Shown: positions 47,834 through 57,471 of the stretch, piece by piece
How positions within the stretch are numbered: the stretch's first letter is position 1
Layout: the number at the start of each line of letters is the position of its first letter
From: a virus
IMG/VR virus record: IMGVR_UViG_3300037423_000600
Coordinates: 32,001 to 96,000 of that record
Length of the DNA stretch: 64,000 bases
Reading direction: 5' to 3' (one strand)
Position numbers and translations under genes: made by a program
Notes under the pieces: generated by a model
Told to the model about the DNA's origin: nothing
The model's database searches: none
Seen by the model: only the letters and a program-made list of their open reading frames with translations

Positions 47834-47905
47834 TTATCATCAGCGGCCCCAAGCCGCACTTAGTCACCGGGATGATAATAGGGTATGGGACAGGGAGGTA
47901 GGAAG

Positions 47906-48121
47906 ATGATAACTGCATCAATAGGAACGGCTTTTTATATCGGCGGCGTGGGTATCATTGGGGCCTTAATTAGTTTGGTGGTTAAGGCTATGGGAAATCC
48001 GGCATTAGCTACTCTCATCGACACGGTGGCTTTGATTGCTATTTTATTCGCGGCCGGGTCCGTATTTATGGAGTTCTTTGATTATCTTCGACATATCGGT
48101 TACGAGTATAATGTACTCTGA
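47906..48121 (+). CDS. SpoIIIAC/AD-like two-TM membrane protein
   Basis: F.IGGVGII.A....V.K..G....A..I......I.........F pattern resembles SpoIIIAC/AD. Confidence 0.55.
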   Translation: MITASIGTAFYIGGVGIIGALISLVVKAMGNPALATLIDTVALIAILFAAGSVFMEFFDYLRHIGYEYNVL

Positions 48122-48153
48122 TTTTTGTTCCCCACAATAGGGAGGGTTGTATC

Positions 48154-49554
48154 ATGGTTCTAGGGGCTACCGCTATCGCGGCGGTTGCAGGCAAGTTGAT
48201 TCTAAAAGGTGCGCTCGATATGGCGGGTATGTCGTTGATGGCTGGAGCGGGTGCAGGTATATGGAAGATGTCCCGCCGCCCGCCGGAGGTTGTTCAAGTG
48301 TTGATGCATGGTGGAGTGTATCCGGTGGGATTGAAGAAGTCCCCGGTGACGTTCTATGAGCGGGATACGGTGACGGATACAGATGGAAAGCAACACGAAA
48401 TCTTTACTTACAAGATGGAGATTCCTTTAGGGAAATCGCTGGCGGATTTTAAGACCCGGCTCCCGGCCCTTGAGGATAAGTTTAATTGCGAAGTCAAGAT
48501 GTGGCTGGAGAACGGGTTGGCCTGCATGAAGATGATTATGAAACCCCTCCCGGACAGATTGGAGTTTAATGAATCGATGTACGAAGCCCTCCGGAAACAC
48601 GAGTGCGGGGTTATCCTTGGGGACAGCCGGAACGGGCTCCGTATCATCGACCTTGCCAAACCTTCCACCTTTAGTATGCTTATCGGCGGGGTGGCGGGCG
48701 GAGGAAAAAGTAATCTCCTGAATGTAATCATATGTGGGACGGCGTGTGCTTATGCGCCGTGGGATGTTCAATTTTACCTTGTGGATATGAAGGATGGTGT
48801 TGAATTTGCTCCTTACGAAAATCTACCCCATGTTCAGTCAATCATTGACGACCGAGGGAATCGTAAACGTATTATCGACAACGTGGACGATTGTTCAAGT
48901 ATGCTCCGAAGTCTTGCTGATGCCATCCGCATCCGAAACCAGCTTTTTAAGAGTGCCGGAGTACGAAACATTAGCGAGTATCGGGGCCTTGGCTATGAAC
49001 TCCCGCATATCATTGTCATCGCAGACGAATTTGCAGACTTCGGAACCCTTGACACCCAGAAACGAAATAAGCTGTTTACCGAGTGGGGATTCCTTACACG
49101 TAAAGGCCGGAGCGCGGGGATACACTGTATCATTTGTACCCAAATCGCTGATGCCGATTCGGTCCCTCGCCAGCTAAAGGGGAACCTGCCTGTAAAGGTC
49201 GGCTTTAGGATGACCAAGCGGGAGAACTCCGAAACCATTTTTGATTCGGATGTCGCTATCCACATCCCGCCGATTCCCGGCCGGGCCGTTCTTAAAATTG
49301 GCGACTACGAAAATATTCAAGTACCTCTACTGGAAACCCAGACGATTGAGGAAAAGATTATTCCTCAACTGGAACCCTATAACGAGATTATGGAAGAGAG
49401 GGAGGCGGAATTACTTGCGGAAGAATCGGACGATGAACAACTACCGGAGGATGCCTTTATCGAATCTCAACAGGTGGAGCCCGAGCCGGAACCGGAACCC
49501 GCACCCAAAAAACGGGGCCGGAGCAAAGCCAACCCGGATATAATCGCTACTTAA
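48154..49554 (+). CDS. FtsK/SpoIIIE-family DNA translocase ATPase
   Basis: GVAGGGKS, D.K.GVEF, VIADEFAD, RKGRSAGIH....TQ, PGRA motifs. Confidence 0.92.
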   Translation: MVLGATAIAAVAGKLILKGALDMAGMSLMAGAGAGIWKMSRRPPEVVQVLMHGGVYPVGLKKSPVTFYERDTVTDTDGKQHEIFTYKMEIPLGKSLADFKTRLPALEDKFNCEVKMWLENGLACMKMIMKPLPDRLEFNESMYEALRKHECGVILGDSRNGLRIIDLAKPSTFSMLIGGVAGGGKSNLLNVIICGTACAYAPWDVQFYLVDMKDGVEFAPYENLPHVQSIIDDRGNRKRIIDNVDDCSSMLRSLADAIRIRNQLFKSAGVRNISEYRGLGYELPHIIVIADEFADFGTLDTQKRNKLFTEWGFLTRKGRSAGIHCIICTQIADADSVPRQLKGNLPVKVGFRMTKRENSETIFDSDVAIHIPPIPGRAVLKIGDYENIQVPLLETQTIEEKIIPQLEPYNEIMEEREAELLAEESDDEQLPEDAFIESQQVEPEPEPEPAPKKRGRSKANPDIIAT

Positions 49555-49777
49555 TCCCCGCGCTTCCTTAATATATAAGGGACGGCAAAACAAAAACCCC
49601 GCCGGATGGCGGGGCCAATTAAGAATCTCTGGGGAGAATCAAGAAGTTCATTGGGCTTCAAAGAAAATATTGGAACTCATGTTAAAAGTATATACAAGAG
49701 TTATAAGTATTATACCACTTGTCTAAAATTATTTGAACCTTCTTATTAAATTCTAATAAATCAGGGAGGAATTACCT

Positions 49778-50035
49778 GTGGCTAAAGCGATTGCGCTCCG
49801 GCATATGGAGAAGTATTGGGAGAAGGAAGTACCTCAAGAAGTAAAATTGGGGAAGAATGTGTTGAAGATATTCACCAAGGCCGGGAAGATTCAAGTCTTT
49901 CCCCGGGTCCCCGGTTCCCCGAATGGCGTAGGGCGGGGGACTTCCCTTGACCTTGAGAAAATGACGAAGGATGAAAGGTCAGCCTTGGTCAAGGTATTAA
50001 CCGAAGCCATCACTTCCTACAAAGATTCAAAATAA
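49778..50035 (+). CDS. hypothetical protein
   Basis: RBS GGGAGG, GTG start. Confidence 0.7.
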   Translation: MAKAIALRHMEKYWEKEVPQEVKLGKNVLKIFTKAGKIQVFPRVPGSPNGVGRGTSLDLEKMTKDERSALVKVLTEAITSYKDSK

Positions 50036-50215
50036 ACCTCACTCGTTACCCCGGGTGGGGTATTCTTTTTATATCAGGGCCGGGAGGCCGGAAAGGAGGT
50101 CCCCATGAAGCTTTCACAGGATAATGCTTCTTTCTTGCTATAGGTATCCTGAGTGGGTGTTTATTTATGGTTCTCTTTTACAAAGTGCTTTAGGCCCATC
50201 AAAAAGCACTTATCA

Positions 50216-50252
50216 TCGACCCTTGTCCCGGGTTATACTACTTATATCAGGT
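50216..50252 (+). promoter_or_regulatory. phage middle-promoter motif (other copies near 50043, 53184, 56503, 60972)
   Basis: TCG-N15-TATA(A/C)T-ACTTATATCAGG. Confidence 0.75.
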
Positions 50253-50269
50253 GGAAGGGAGGCGGCAAG

Positions 50270-50446
50270 GTGGATATCGAAGCTGTTAAAACAAAAGTAA
50301 TCGCTGATTTAAAGCAGGCTATAGCTACAAGGGATGAAGAAGTCGCGCATCACATAGCGGATTCGGCTTTATGTGAACTGCTAGAGGCTTTAGGCTATGG
50401 CGATGTCGTTAAGCTTTTTGATGAAGTCGATAAATGGTACGCCTAA
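50270..50446 (+). CDS. hypothetical protein
   Basis: RBS GGGAGG; E.AH..AD..LC..L..LGY...V..F....KWYA. Confidence 0.7.
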   Translation: MDIEAVKTKVIADLKQAIATRDEEVAHHIADSALCELLEALGYGDVVKLFDEVDKWYA

Positions 50447-50466
50447 AGGGCAGGGAGGTTTGGAAA

Positions 50467-50766
50467 TTGACGAATGGAAAGTCTCTTTTTAAGAAGGAAA
50501 GTCATCCTGTGCTTCGGTCGCTGGGAATCCCGATTTACAACTCAACCTTACATGGCGAAGGGTTTTACGTTAGCTATAACAACAGCCGTAGAGATTATGG
50601 TTGTGTGACTACGGCTCTCGTTACCGGGCAGATGGAGAAGTTCTACATCCTCAAGGGCGACCACCGAGAGCAGTATGCAGAACTCGTAGGTAAAGGCTTA
50701 GATGAATGCCTCGCGTATTTCAAGGCTCACCTTGACGAGGCACATGACTATAGCGACAGTCTTTAG
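50467..50766 (+). CDS. hypothetical protein
   Basis: RBS GGGAGG, TTG start. Confidence 0.65.
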   Translation: MTNGKSLFKKESHPVLRSLGIPIYNSTLHGEGFYVSYNNSRRDYGCVTTALVTGQMEKFYILKGDHREQYAELVGKGLDECLAYFKAHLDEAHDYSDSL

Positions 50767-50781
50767 GGAGGAGGCGGCAAC

Positions 50782-50964
50782 GTGAAAGATTGGTACAAGA
50801 AGAGTGGAGCAACTGTGGTATATCAAACCCCGGACGGTACGCTAAAGGCTCAAGTTTGTAAAGACGATGGCGTAGCTTGGGAGTTATATGACCAATTCCA
50901 AAAGGCAGGCTGTAACCCAGTCATTTTCCTAAATGAAAATGGATTACACGAAAGGAGAAAATAA
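50782..50964 (+). CDS. hypothetical protein
   Basis: RBS GGAGGAGG. Confidence 0.6.
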   Translation: MKDWYKKSGATVVYQTPDGTLKAQVCKDDGVAWELYDQFQKAGCNPVIFLNENGLHERRK

Positions 50965-50965
50965 G

Positions 50966-52801
50966 ATGATGCAAACAGTTGAAGTAAAAAGTAACATTGG
51001 CGGCAGGCTTAAGAAAATCCGCGAAGGCGTGGTGTTCAATTCGGTTACATCTGTCATTGGGGAACTCGGGCAGAACGCCCAACGCGCTCTCAATGCGGCG
51101 GTGGCGGCCGGGAAGAATCCGGATGAAGCTTCTATCTTCCTTGAGTTTTCTCCCGATAAGAAAACCTTTATGGTATCGGATAACGGAATTGGTTGCTCCA
51201 ATCCTCAGGACATTTTGGAACTCGACGTGTCGGGTTTTGGGGTGGGTTTCGGGGAGGGCTTTAGTTCGGTATTCCTTATCGCAGACCGGATTATCATTAA
51301 CTCGAACGATTGGTATATGGATATTGACGTTATCAAGATGATGGAAAATGCGGACTACGAGGTTCAGGTTCACAAGTCGGATGTGGTTAAAGATGGAGGG
51401 TTTACTGTTATCCTTTCCGGTCAGAAGATTGAAGAACATCACGATGAATTACTTCGATTTACGGAAGAAATGGCTTCCCTGCTTCCCTACCCGACTCTTC
51501 TGAACGGTGCTTATGTGAAGAAGAAAGACCTCTCCGACCTTGGCCGCCGGGTCCCGTATAAAATGGATGTCGATAACGAGTTCTTCTCCGGGACTTTAGG
51601 AGCCAACAATAGCTGGGACGATGTTCAGGTGTACTATGAGAACCGCTATGTGTGTGCAATCTGGAAATCTGGCCTGTGCGGAAACATCATGCTAAAGCCT
51701 GGCGCTGTCAATCTCAAAGCCCCGGACCGCCGGGAAATCATTTACGATGCCAAGCGCACCGCTCTTATGGAGAAGCTTCAGGAATGCGGTAAAGTCTTAT
51801 ACCAAGGCTTCCTCGAACATGATTCCGATAAGGCCCTCACCGAGTACGCCGAGAAGGTCGAAGCTTTCCTCTCGGTGGATGAGTATATTCCCTTTCTTGA
51901 AATGGATGTAGCCGGACTCGACTTTGCTAAAATGATGGAGGAGAAACATAAGCCGCATACCGACGAGCAACTTCTCGAAGCGGCCGGACTAGATACTCCG
52001 CATCAGGAACACTTCGGAGGCAGTTCTCGCACAGTTGGCGGCTCCAAACTCAAGATTGACGGCGGGGATGCCGCAGAAATTGGAACGGCGGAGCCTCGTT
52101 TTGAGAAATCTCGTAAGGAATCCGAGAAGCTTACTAAGGCCAAGACCAAGAAACGCCAGAAGAACTACGGCAAGTTCATTGAGAAGCTGAACAAGATGAA
52201 GGCTCAATTTAAAGTAGTCTGGGCGACCCTGAATGAAATTGATACTTACGAGCCTCAACTCAAAGAACTCAAGGGCTACGGGTTTACGGTACTTACCGCG
52301 AAGAGTAAACTGTACGAATCGGCCTTTAGGCATTTGGATATCCTGCACTTCCAAGAAGTCGAATCCAATGTACAAATTAAGTATTCGTTTAACAACATCG
52401 GCGCGGCGGACGGTAAAGAATCTCGCGTCCTGTGGCTTCTTGAGCGTATTGAAGAAATCCTCAAGACCCCCAACCTTTTTCGGATATGTGATATCGAATG
52501 CCAAGTAGAACATTTCCGGAATAACCAGCTTGTGGCTACGGAAACCCGCGTCTGTCGCTATCGTTATGACAAAGCTTCCGACCGGATTTACATTGACCGC
52601 AAGCATCTGGAACTCCCGTCCTATCGAGTGGAGAAATGGAATGACGGCAAGATTAACTTGAATGACCTCCGGCTGATGCTTAAGAATTTGGAATTTATCG
52701 CGCAGGAGGTCACGAAGTTCAAGAAGAAATCGCATGAAGTCGCTGAGGGCTTCTGGGAATCTAAAGATGCCGTCCTCCGGGAATTGGCGGAGTTATTCTG
52801 A
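50966..52801 (+). CDS. GHKL (Hsp90/MutL-like) ATPase domain protein
   Basis: ELGQNAQRA (N box), VSDNGIG (G1), GFGVGFGEGF (G2). Confidence 0.8.
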   Translation: MMQTVEVKSNIGGRLKKIREGVVFNSVTSVIGELGQNAQRALNAAVAAGKNPDEASIFLEFSPDKKTFMVSDNGIGCSNPQDILELDVSGFGVGFGEGFSSVFLIADRIIINSNDWYMDIDVIKMMENADYEVQVHKSDVVKDGGFTVILSGQKIEEHHDELLRFTEEMASLLPYPTLLNGAYVKKKDLSDLGRRVPYKMDVDNEFFSGTLGANNSWDDVQVYYENRYVCAIWKSGLCGNIMLKPGAVNLKAPDRREIIYDAKRTALMEKLQECGKVLYQGFLEHDSDKALTEYAEKVEAFLSVDEYIPFLEMDVAGLDFAKMMEEKHKPHTDEQLLEAAGLDTPHQEHFGGSSRTVGGSKLKIDGGDAAEIGTAEPRFEKSRKESEKLTKAKTKKRQKNYGKFIEKLNKMKAQFKVVWATLNEIDTYEPQLKELKGYGFTVLTAKSKLYESAFRHLDILHFQEVESNVQIKYSFNNIGAADGKESRVLWLLERIEEILKTPNLFRICDIECQVEHFRNNQLVATETRVCRYRYDKASDRIYIDRKHLELPSYRVEKWNDGKINLNDLRLMLKNLEFIAQEVTKFKKKSHEVAEGFWESKDAVLRELAELF

Positions 52802-52965
52802 TGCGGCCGAAGATTAAAGGCAATCACTGTAAATGGACATTTCTCTGGATGGAAGTGAAGTTCCCCAAGTCCTCCCCGAACCTCCGGGACTTGGGGCGTT
52901 CCCTTGAATATTACCGTAGCTGGATAGGAGTTCAAAAATTACGTGAATTGAGAGGTAGAAAATGA

Positions 52966-53151
52966 ATGGATACTAAAGTGATGAAGCTTATTGCTACTTG
53001 GAACCAAGCCATTGAGGTTGGTCAGGAATTTGATATTCATACTGATGATGGGGATTATGTTGAAACCGTGAGTATCCTTGCTATTTATTCCGTAACTTCA
53101 CACCCCGAGGTTATTTGTTTGGTGGCGAAAGGCCGGATATCTCGTATTTAA
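52966..53151 (+). CDS. hypothetical protein
   Basis: RBS GAGG, 61 aa. Confidence 0.5.
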   Translation: MDTKVMKLIATWNQAIEVGQEFDIHTDDGDYVETVSILAIYSVTSHPEVICLVAKGRISRI

Positions 53152-53275
53152 AAGTTTTTCATCCCACCCCTTCCCGGGTTTACTCGATACCCGGAAGGGG
53201 TTATAATACTTATAACAGGTCAAACGGTCCCGGCCGGGCGGCCAGTTACATAAAATCAAAGGAGAAGTGATAAGA

Positions 53276-54355
53276 ATGAGTAACATCGTATTCGGCCGAT
53301 TCGGTCAAGGAAGCACAGCGGCGGCAGTCAGCCCCAAGAACGGTCCTAAATTGGGAGATATTTTCGCGGAACTCCTCAAGGATTCCGAGAACAAGAAAGA
53401 CCATATCATCGACCCCTACCAAGTCAAGATGGGCGGCAACGGCCGTATTTATCTTCCCGGTATGGATAACTCTAACTCGCTCGGTTTTGAACTTAACGAT
53501 TGGTCTTTAGGCCAGCTTGCAGGTAAGACAGAAATCCCCGTCAGATATCTTCGCAAGAGCCCGCCGGAACTTCAAGCGGTCAACGTGAACTACTGGCTCC
53601 GGAATATGACCGATGAGAGTAAGGCGGACTGGATGTTCCGCGTACGTCAGGCAGACATTCAGGATATCCGCAAAGGCGGGCTGGTTCGCGGCATCATGAC
53701 CGAGAAATACTCCCCGTTCGATGACCATGAGATTATGGAAATCATCAATAAGATTCTTGGGGTCAAAGATGATTCGTATACGGTCAACTGGTTCTACCGT
53801 GACGAAACCGGGTTCCATCTTCGTGTCACCTTCGAGGATTTGACCCGGCAGATTGGTCTTACCCGCGACGGCCGCCCAGACTTCCACAAAATCGGCCTTC
53901 ATATCACGAACTCCGAAGTTGGGAAACGGTCCATCCGTATCGTGCCGATGGTATGGCGGCTCGTATGCACGAACGGCCTGATGGGATGGCGGACGGAAGA
54001 TGCCTTTAGCCAACGGCACGTAGGACTTCGCCCGCAGGAAATGTATACCCGTGTGGCGGAGGCCATCGGCAACGGCTTGAAGCTGGGGAAGGAAATGGTG
54101 GATACACTGGTGGCGGCTAAAGAGTTCGAGATTCCGGACCCGTTCGCAGTCATCGACCAACTCTCCAAGGATTTGAAATATTCCGAAGCTTTGACGGAGA
54201 AGATTAAAGAATCTTGGTTGGAAGATGCACAATCTTCCGTGTTCGGAGTGGTTCAATCTCTTACCCGGGCCGCCCAGCATTTCGAGGCTGACCGCCGCGT
54301 AGAGATTGAGGAAGATGCCGGGAAGTACCTTCGGAAGATGATTACTGCGGTATAA
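53276..54355 (+). CDS. DUF932-family protein
   Basis: NSEVG..S..I.P...RLVCTNG motif. Confidence 0.8.
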   Translation: MSNIVFGRFGQGSTAAAVSPKNGPKLGDIFAELLKDSENKKDHIIDPYQVKMGGNGRIYLPGMDNSNSLGFELNDWSLGQLAGKTEIPVRYLRKSPPELQAVNVNYWLRNMTDESKADWMFRVRQADIQDIRKGGLVRGIMTEKYSPFDDHEIMEIINKILGVKDDSYTVNWFYRDETGFHLRVTFEDLTRQIGLTRDGRPDFHKIGLHITNSEVGKRSIRIVPMVWRLVCTNGLMGWRTEDAFSQRHVGLRPQEMYTRVAEAIGNGLKLGKEMVDTLVAAKEFEIPDPFAVIDQLSKDLKYSEALTEKIKESWLEDAQSSVFGVVQSLTRAAQHFEADRRVEIEEDAGKYLRKMITAV

Positions 54356-54417
54356 TAAGAAGCGGGCGGGGAGGGGTGTAAGTCCTCTCCCCGTACATAC
54401 ATTTAAGGAGGCTATCC

Positions 54418-54828
54418 ATGAGTTATCAAAGTATGCTTACTCTTATCGACAAAAAAGAAACGGAATTACTGGCTCAACTGCATACCGTTCGGGAAATGCG
54501 TAAGCTTGTTCTTCAAGAAAGTACGTCCGATTTGAAAGAACACTTTTTTCAGTTGTACCTTACTAATATCGAGGCTTATTGTAATTGGACCAAGGTTAAA
54601 GACCCTATTTCCGGCGAGGAATCGGCTCCCGATGAAACCTTGATGCGCGGTATCGAAACCTTGGCGGCTATTTCCGATGTCGCAAAGAAAGCTTTCCGGG
54701 AGGAAATTCTTATCCGGATTAGTTCCTACACCCGGAAGCAAAAACAATTTACCTCCGAAAGTCACGAACGGTTGAGTGAGGCTTTAGATAAATACGTCAA
54801 AAAGCACATAGAAAATACCTTACCTTAA
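54418..54828 (+). CDS. stand-alone PrkA C-terminal domain fragment
   Basis: YL.N.EAYCN..K..DP..GEE..PDE.LMR.IE....IS..AKKAFREEILIRIS.Y.RK matches recalled Bacillus PrkA C-terminus. Confidence 0.8.
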   Translation: MSYQSMLTLIDKKETELLAQLHTVREMRKLVLQESTSDLKEHFFQLYLTNIEAYCNWTKVKDPISGEESAPDETLMRGIETLAAISDVAKKAFREEILIRISSYTRKQKQFTSESHERLSEALDKYVKKHIENTLP

Positions 54829-54841
54829 AGGAGACATCGCT

Positions 54842-55654
54842 ATGACACGTAGAACACGGACCAAAAGTATGAAGTATGGCATTTACGCTCAACCACCCAA
54901 ACATCTAAGGGACCTCGAACCTGATGATGAAGGTTGGAAAGAGGCGTGGGGTGAGGAGTACACCGAATCGTATAAGCTAACAGAGGTCTACTTGGAGCAA
55001 ATCGAATGCAACCGGGAAAGCTATGGCGGCCAACCTATTGAACGGGCTCACTTTCGTCCGGACCCGCGCCGTATGGTCGGCGGCGGAGCGTGGATTATGG
55101 TTACGAATCCGCCCCCTACGAACCCCACTCCCGTAGCCTTTGGTATGTATTGGGCGGTACCCTGTAAAGAAAGTTTGAACTATGATGGATACGATAAGTA
55201 CGGCCGCTATAAGGTGGAAATCCTGATGAAGGACCCGGAGGCGGAAGGTCAGTTTCATGCGGTAGGGTTATTCGTAACCGAATACATGGTGGTCCATGAG
55301 GGGATGTTCCGCGAGTTCATGGAGGAAGGCTACTTTGACCTCCAGCAGTTATCCCTCACTACCGAGGACTCAATGAACGTAGAACTCATTGAACGCGGAA
55401 GGGCTTTAGTCGAAGAGGAACGGGAGTCCATCTGGGCCTTGATGCTAGACGGCTTAACGGAAAGTAAAGCTTGTGAGGAATACTTCTTGGGCCGTCACGT
55501 TGAACGGGATAATGCCCAAATCTGGTACCGCCCTATTCCCGAGTTTGCCGAGTATATGGAGGATACCTTTGGTCGTTTGATTCGTAATCAGGGCAGAGGC
55601 TTTACCGAAGAAAATCATCAGCGCAGAGCGCAAAGAAGGGCGGAGCGGGCATGA
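54842..55654 (+). CDS. hypothetical protein
   Basis: RBS AAGGAG, 270 aa. Confidence 0.75.
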   Translation: MTRRTRTKSMKYGIYAQPPKHLRDLEPDDEGWKEAWGEEYTESYKLTEVYLEQIECNRESYGGQPIERAHFRPDPRRMVGGGAWIMVTNPPPTNPTPVAFGMYWAVPCKESLNYDGYDKYGRYKVEILMKDPEAEGQFHAVGLFVTEYMVVHEGMFREFMEEGYFDLQQLSLTTEDSMNVELIERGRALVEEERESIWALMLDGLTESKACEEYFLGRHVERDNAQIWYRPIPEFAEYMEDTFGRLIRNQGRGFTEENHQRRAQRRAERA

Positions 55655-56460
55655 CCAGTATCAACAAGATTGACGAAGAACAATTATTGAAAGCGGTTCG
55701 CCAAATCGCCGGGAACAAGTCCTTTAAGGTGGGGGATGAAGTCACTGGACTCGTCACCGGGATTGAGGACTACGGGGTATTCTTGGAGAACTACGAAACT
55801 CGAATGAACGGTCTTATCCACAAGCGCAATGTATCCAAGACCCGGTTTTACCACGGTATCGAGGACCTTGAGTCCAGCTTTAAAATCGGGGATACCGTGA
55901 CGGCTAAAGTCGTTGAGATTCGGGACGGCAAACTTTCCCTTTGTACTTTCGATTATGAACTTCCGTCTTACGGCATCAACTCGTTAGGTTCGCTTATCAA
56001 GAAGGAAGATATCAAAGTCACCGAGAAGCCTTCGGAATTAGATGAAATTTATGAAGAAATGCGCGGCAAGGTCGGCGGGGTGAGTGCGGTGGCAAAGCCC
56101 CGGGTGGCGGAACTTGTTGGCAAGTACGGATTGGTGAAGTTCTCCATGGCTTTAGCCAAGGCATTAGAAACTTATACCCCCATAGACCAAAGCGTATTGC
56201 TTGTAGAAGAGATTGAAAAACACGCCGGAGTCAACTCACCGAAGCGTACTTTTATCATTGGCTCTCACGTCCGCCAGCGGTGGCAGGAACGCGGAGACGG
56301 CGGGGACCTGCTGGATAGACTCGTTAAGGCCCGCTTGATGTTCGAGGACCTGCATTTGAAACGCCGCCTGTATGGTGACGATGAATACACCTACCCGTGT
56401 GCTATCGGGGAAACCGGGGAAAATCACGTTAAAACCGTAGAACCTTGGGGCCAATACTAA
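55651..56460 (+). CDS. S1 RNA-binding domain protein
   Basis: KVGD.VTG.VTGIEDYGVFL...GLIH...FKIGD.V.AKV....GKLSL. Confidence 0.85.
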   Translation: MTSINKIDEEQLLKAVRQIAGNKSFKVGDEVTGLVTGIEDYGVFLENYETRMNGLIHKRNVSKTRFYHGIEDLESSFKIGDTVTAKVVEIRDGKLSLCTFDYELPSYGINSLGSLIKKEDIKVTEKPSELDEIYEEMRGKVGGVSAVAKPRVAELVGKYGLVKFSMALAKALETYTPIDQSVLLVEEIEKHAGVNSPKRTFIIGSHVRQRWQERGDGGDLLDRLVKARLMFEDLHLKRRLYGDDEYTYPCAIGETGENHVKTVEPWGQY

Positions 56461-56557
56461 AGCGTCAAAAGGAGGGCCAAAAGCCTTCCTTTTCTTCTTA
56501 TATCGTCTCCCCGCAGGTGGTATAATACTTATATCAGGTAAAGGAGGGCGGGACCCT

Positions 56558-57013
56558 ATGGGCGATATGGCCGATTATTATTTGGAATTGGATATGAAGA
56601 AGCGAGTCGAGGATAATCCCTTCGAGACACTCGTCGGCTTTAGCAATATCCTTAATCACGATTATTGGGTAACCAAGGAGGGCGTGAAGAAGTATCCGAA
56701 GAAAAACATGACGTATTCCCATATCCTCAACGTCCAACGGATGCTTAAGCAGGAGTCATTCCTGTCCAATCATCAAAAGGCCAACGTGCTGTTTTATCTT
56801 ATGGTTCCGGGGCCGAGCGGGGAGTTTGCCCAAGATTGCTTCGATATGGAGTTCAATCATGCGCTGGAAGTATCGAACTACCCCTTGGATAGGTACTTCG
56901 CGGAAATCGTAGAACCGTCAACGCTATGGCAGGCTTTAGAGGCCGGGAAAGCCAAGCACCAAAAGAAACAGGCCAAGGTGGAACCGAATTTCCCTTGGAT
57001 TGTATCGAACTAA
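56558..57013 (+). CDS. hypothetical protein
   Basis: MGDMADYY N-terminus; promoter and RBS upstream. Confidence 0.75.
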   Translation: MGDMADYYLELDMKKRVEDNPFETLVGFSNILNHDYWVTKEGVKKYPKKNMTYSHILNVQRMLKQESFLSNHQKANVLFYLMVPGPSGEFAQDCFDMEFNHALEVSNYPLDRYFAEIVEPSTLWQALEAGKAKHQKKQAKVEPNFPWIVSN

Positions 57014-57027
57014 AGGAGGCAAGTCAG

Positions 57028-57471
57028 ATGAACGATATGATTATCCGCGTGAAGTGGAAACCGGAAGATGTTAGCAGTAAACGGGATGTGGCTTGGCAAA
57101 GGAAGTATGTTGCCGATCATATCCGGTCGGCTTTAGAGGCCTACGGTTCCCGCATTGAGATTGACAAAGGCTTTATTGAAGATGCGGTAGTATTCAGCTA
57201 TGAGGACTTGGGTGATTACCCCGAGGAAGCCCACGGTGATATTCTTGAATTAATTGAGGATGTGAAATCTCAAATCGTTGAAGGGGCGGCCGGGGATGTA
57301 CCGACATTCCCTTGCGGCTACTGTAAGCATAGGTTCTATGCGGGAGAATTGGCGGCCAACGATGGGTACTGTCATTCGTGCGCAGAAGCCCGGCCACTTA
57401 CGGCGGAAGAGATTGAGGACGAGAAAGCTGATATTGAATACCACAGAAAACGGGAGGAAGATATGCTATGA
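57028..57471 (+). CDS. hypothetical protein with CxxC...CxxC
   Basis: RBS AAGGAGG. Confidence 0.7.
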   Translation: MNDMIIRVKWKPEDVSSKRDVAWQRKYVADHIRSALEAYGSRIEIDKGFIEDAVVFSYEDLGDYPEEAHGDILELIEDVKSQIVEGAAGDVPTFPCGYCKHRFYAGELAANDGYCHSCAEARPLTAEEIEDEKADIEYHRKREEDML

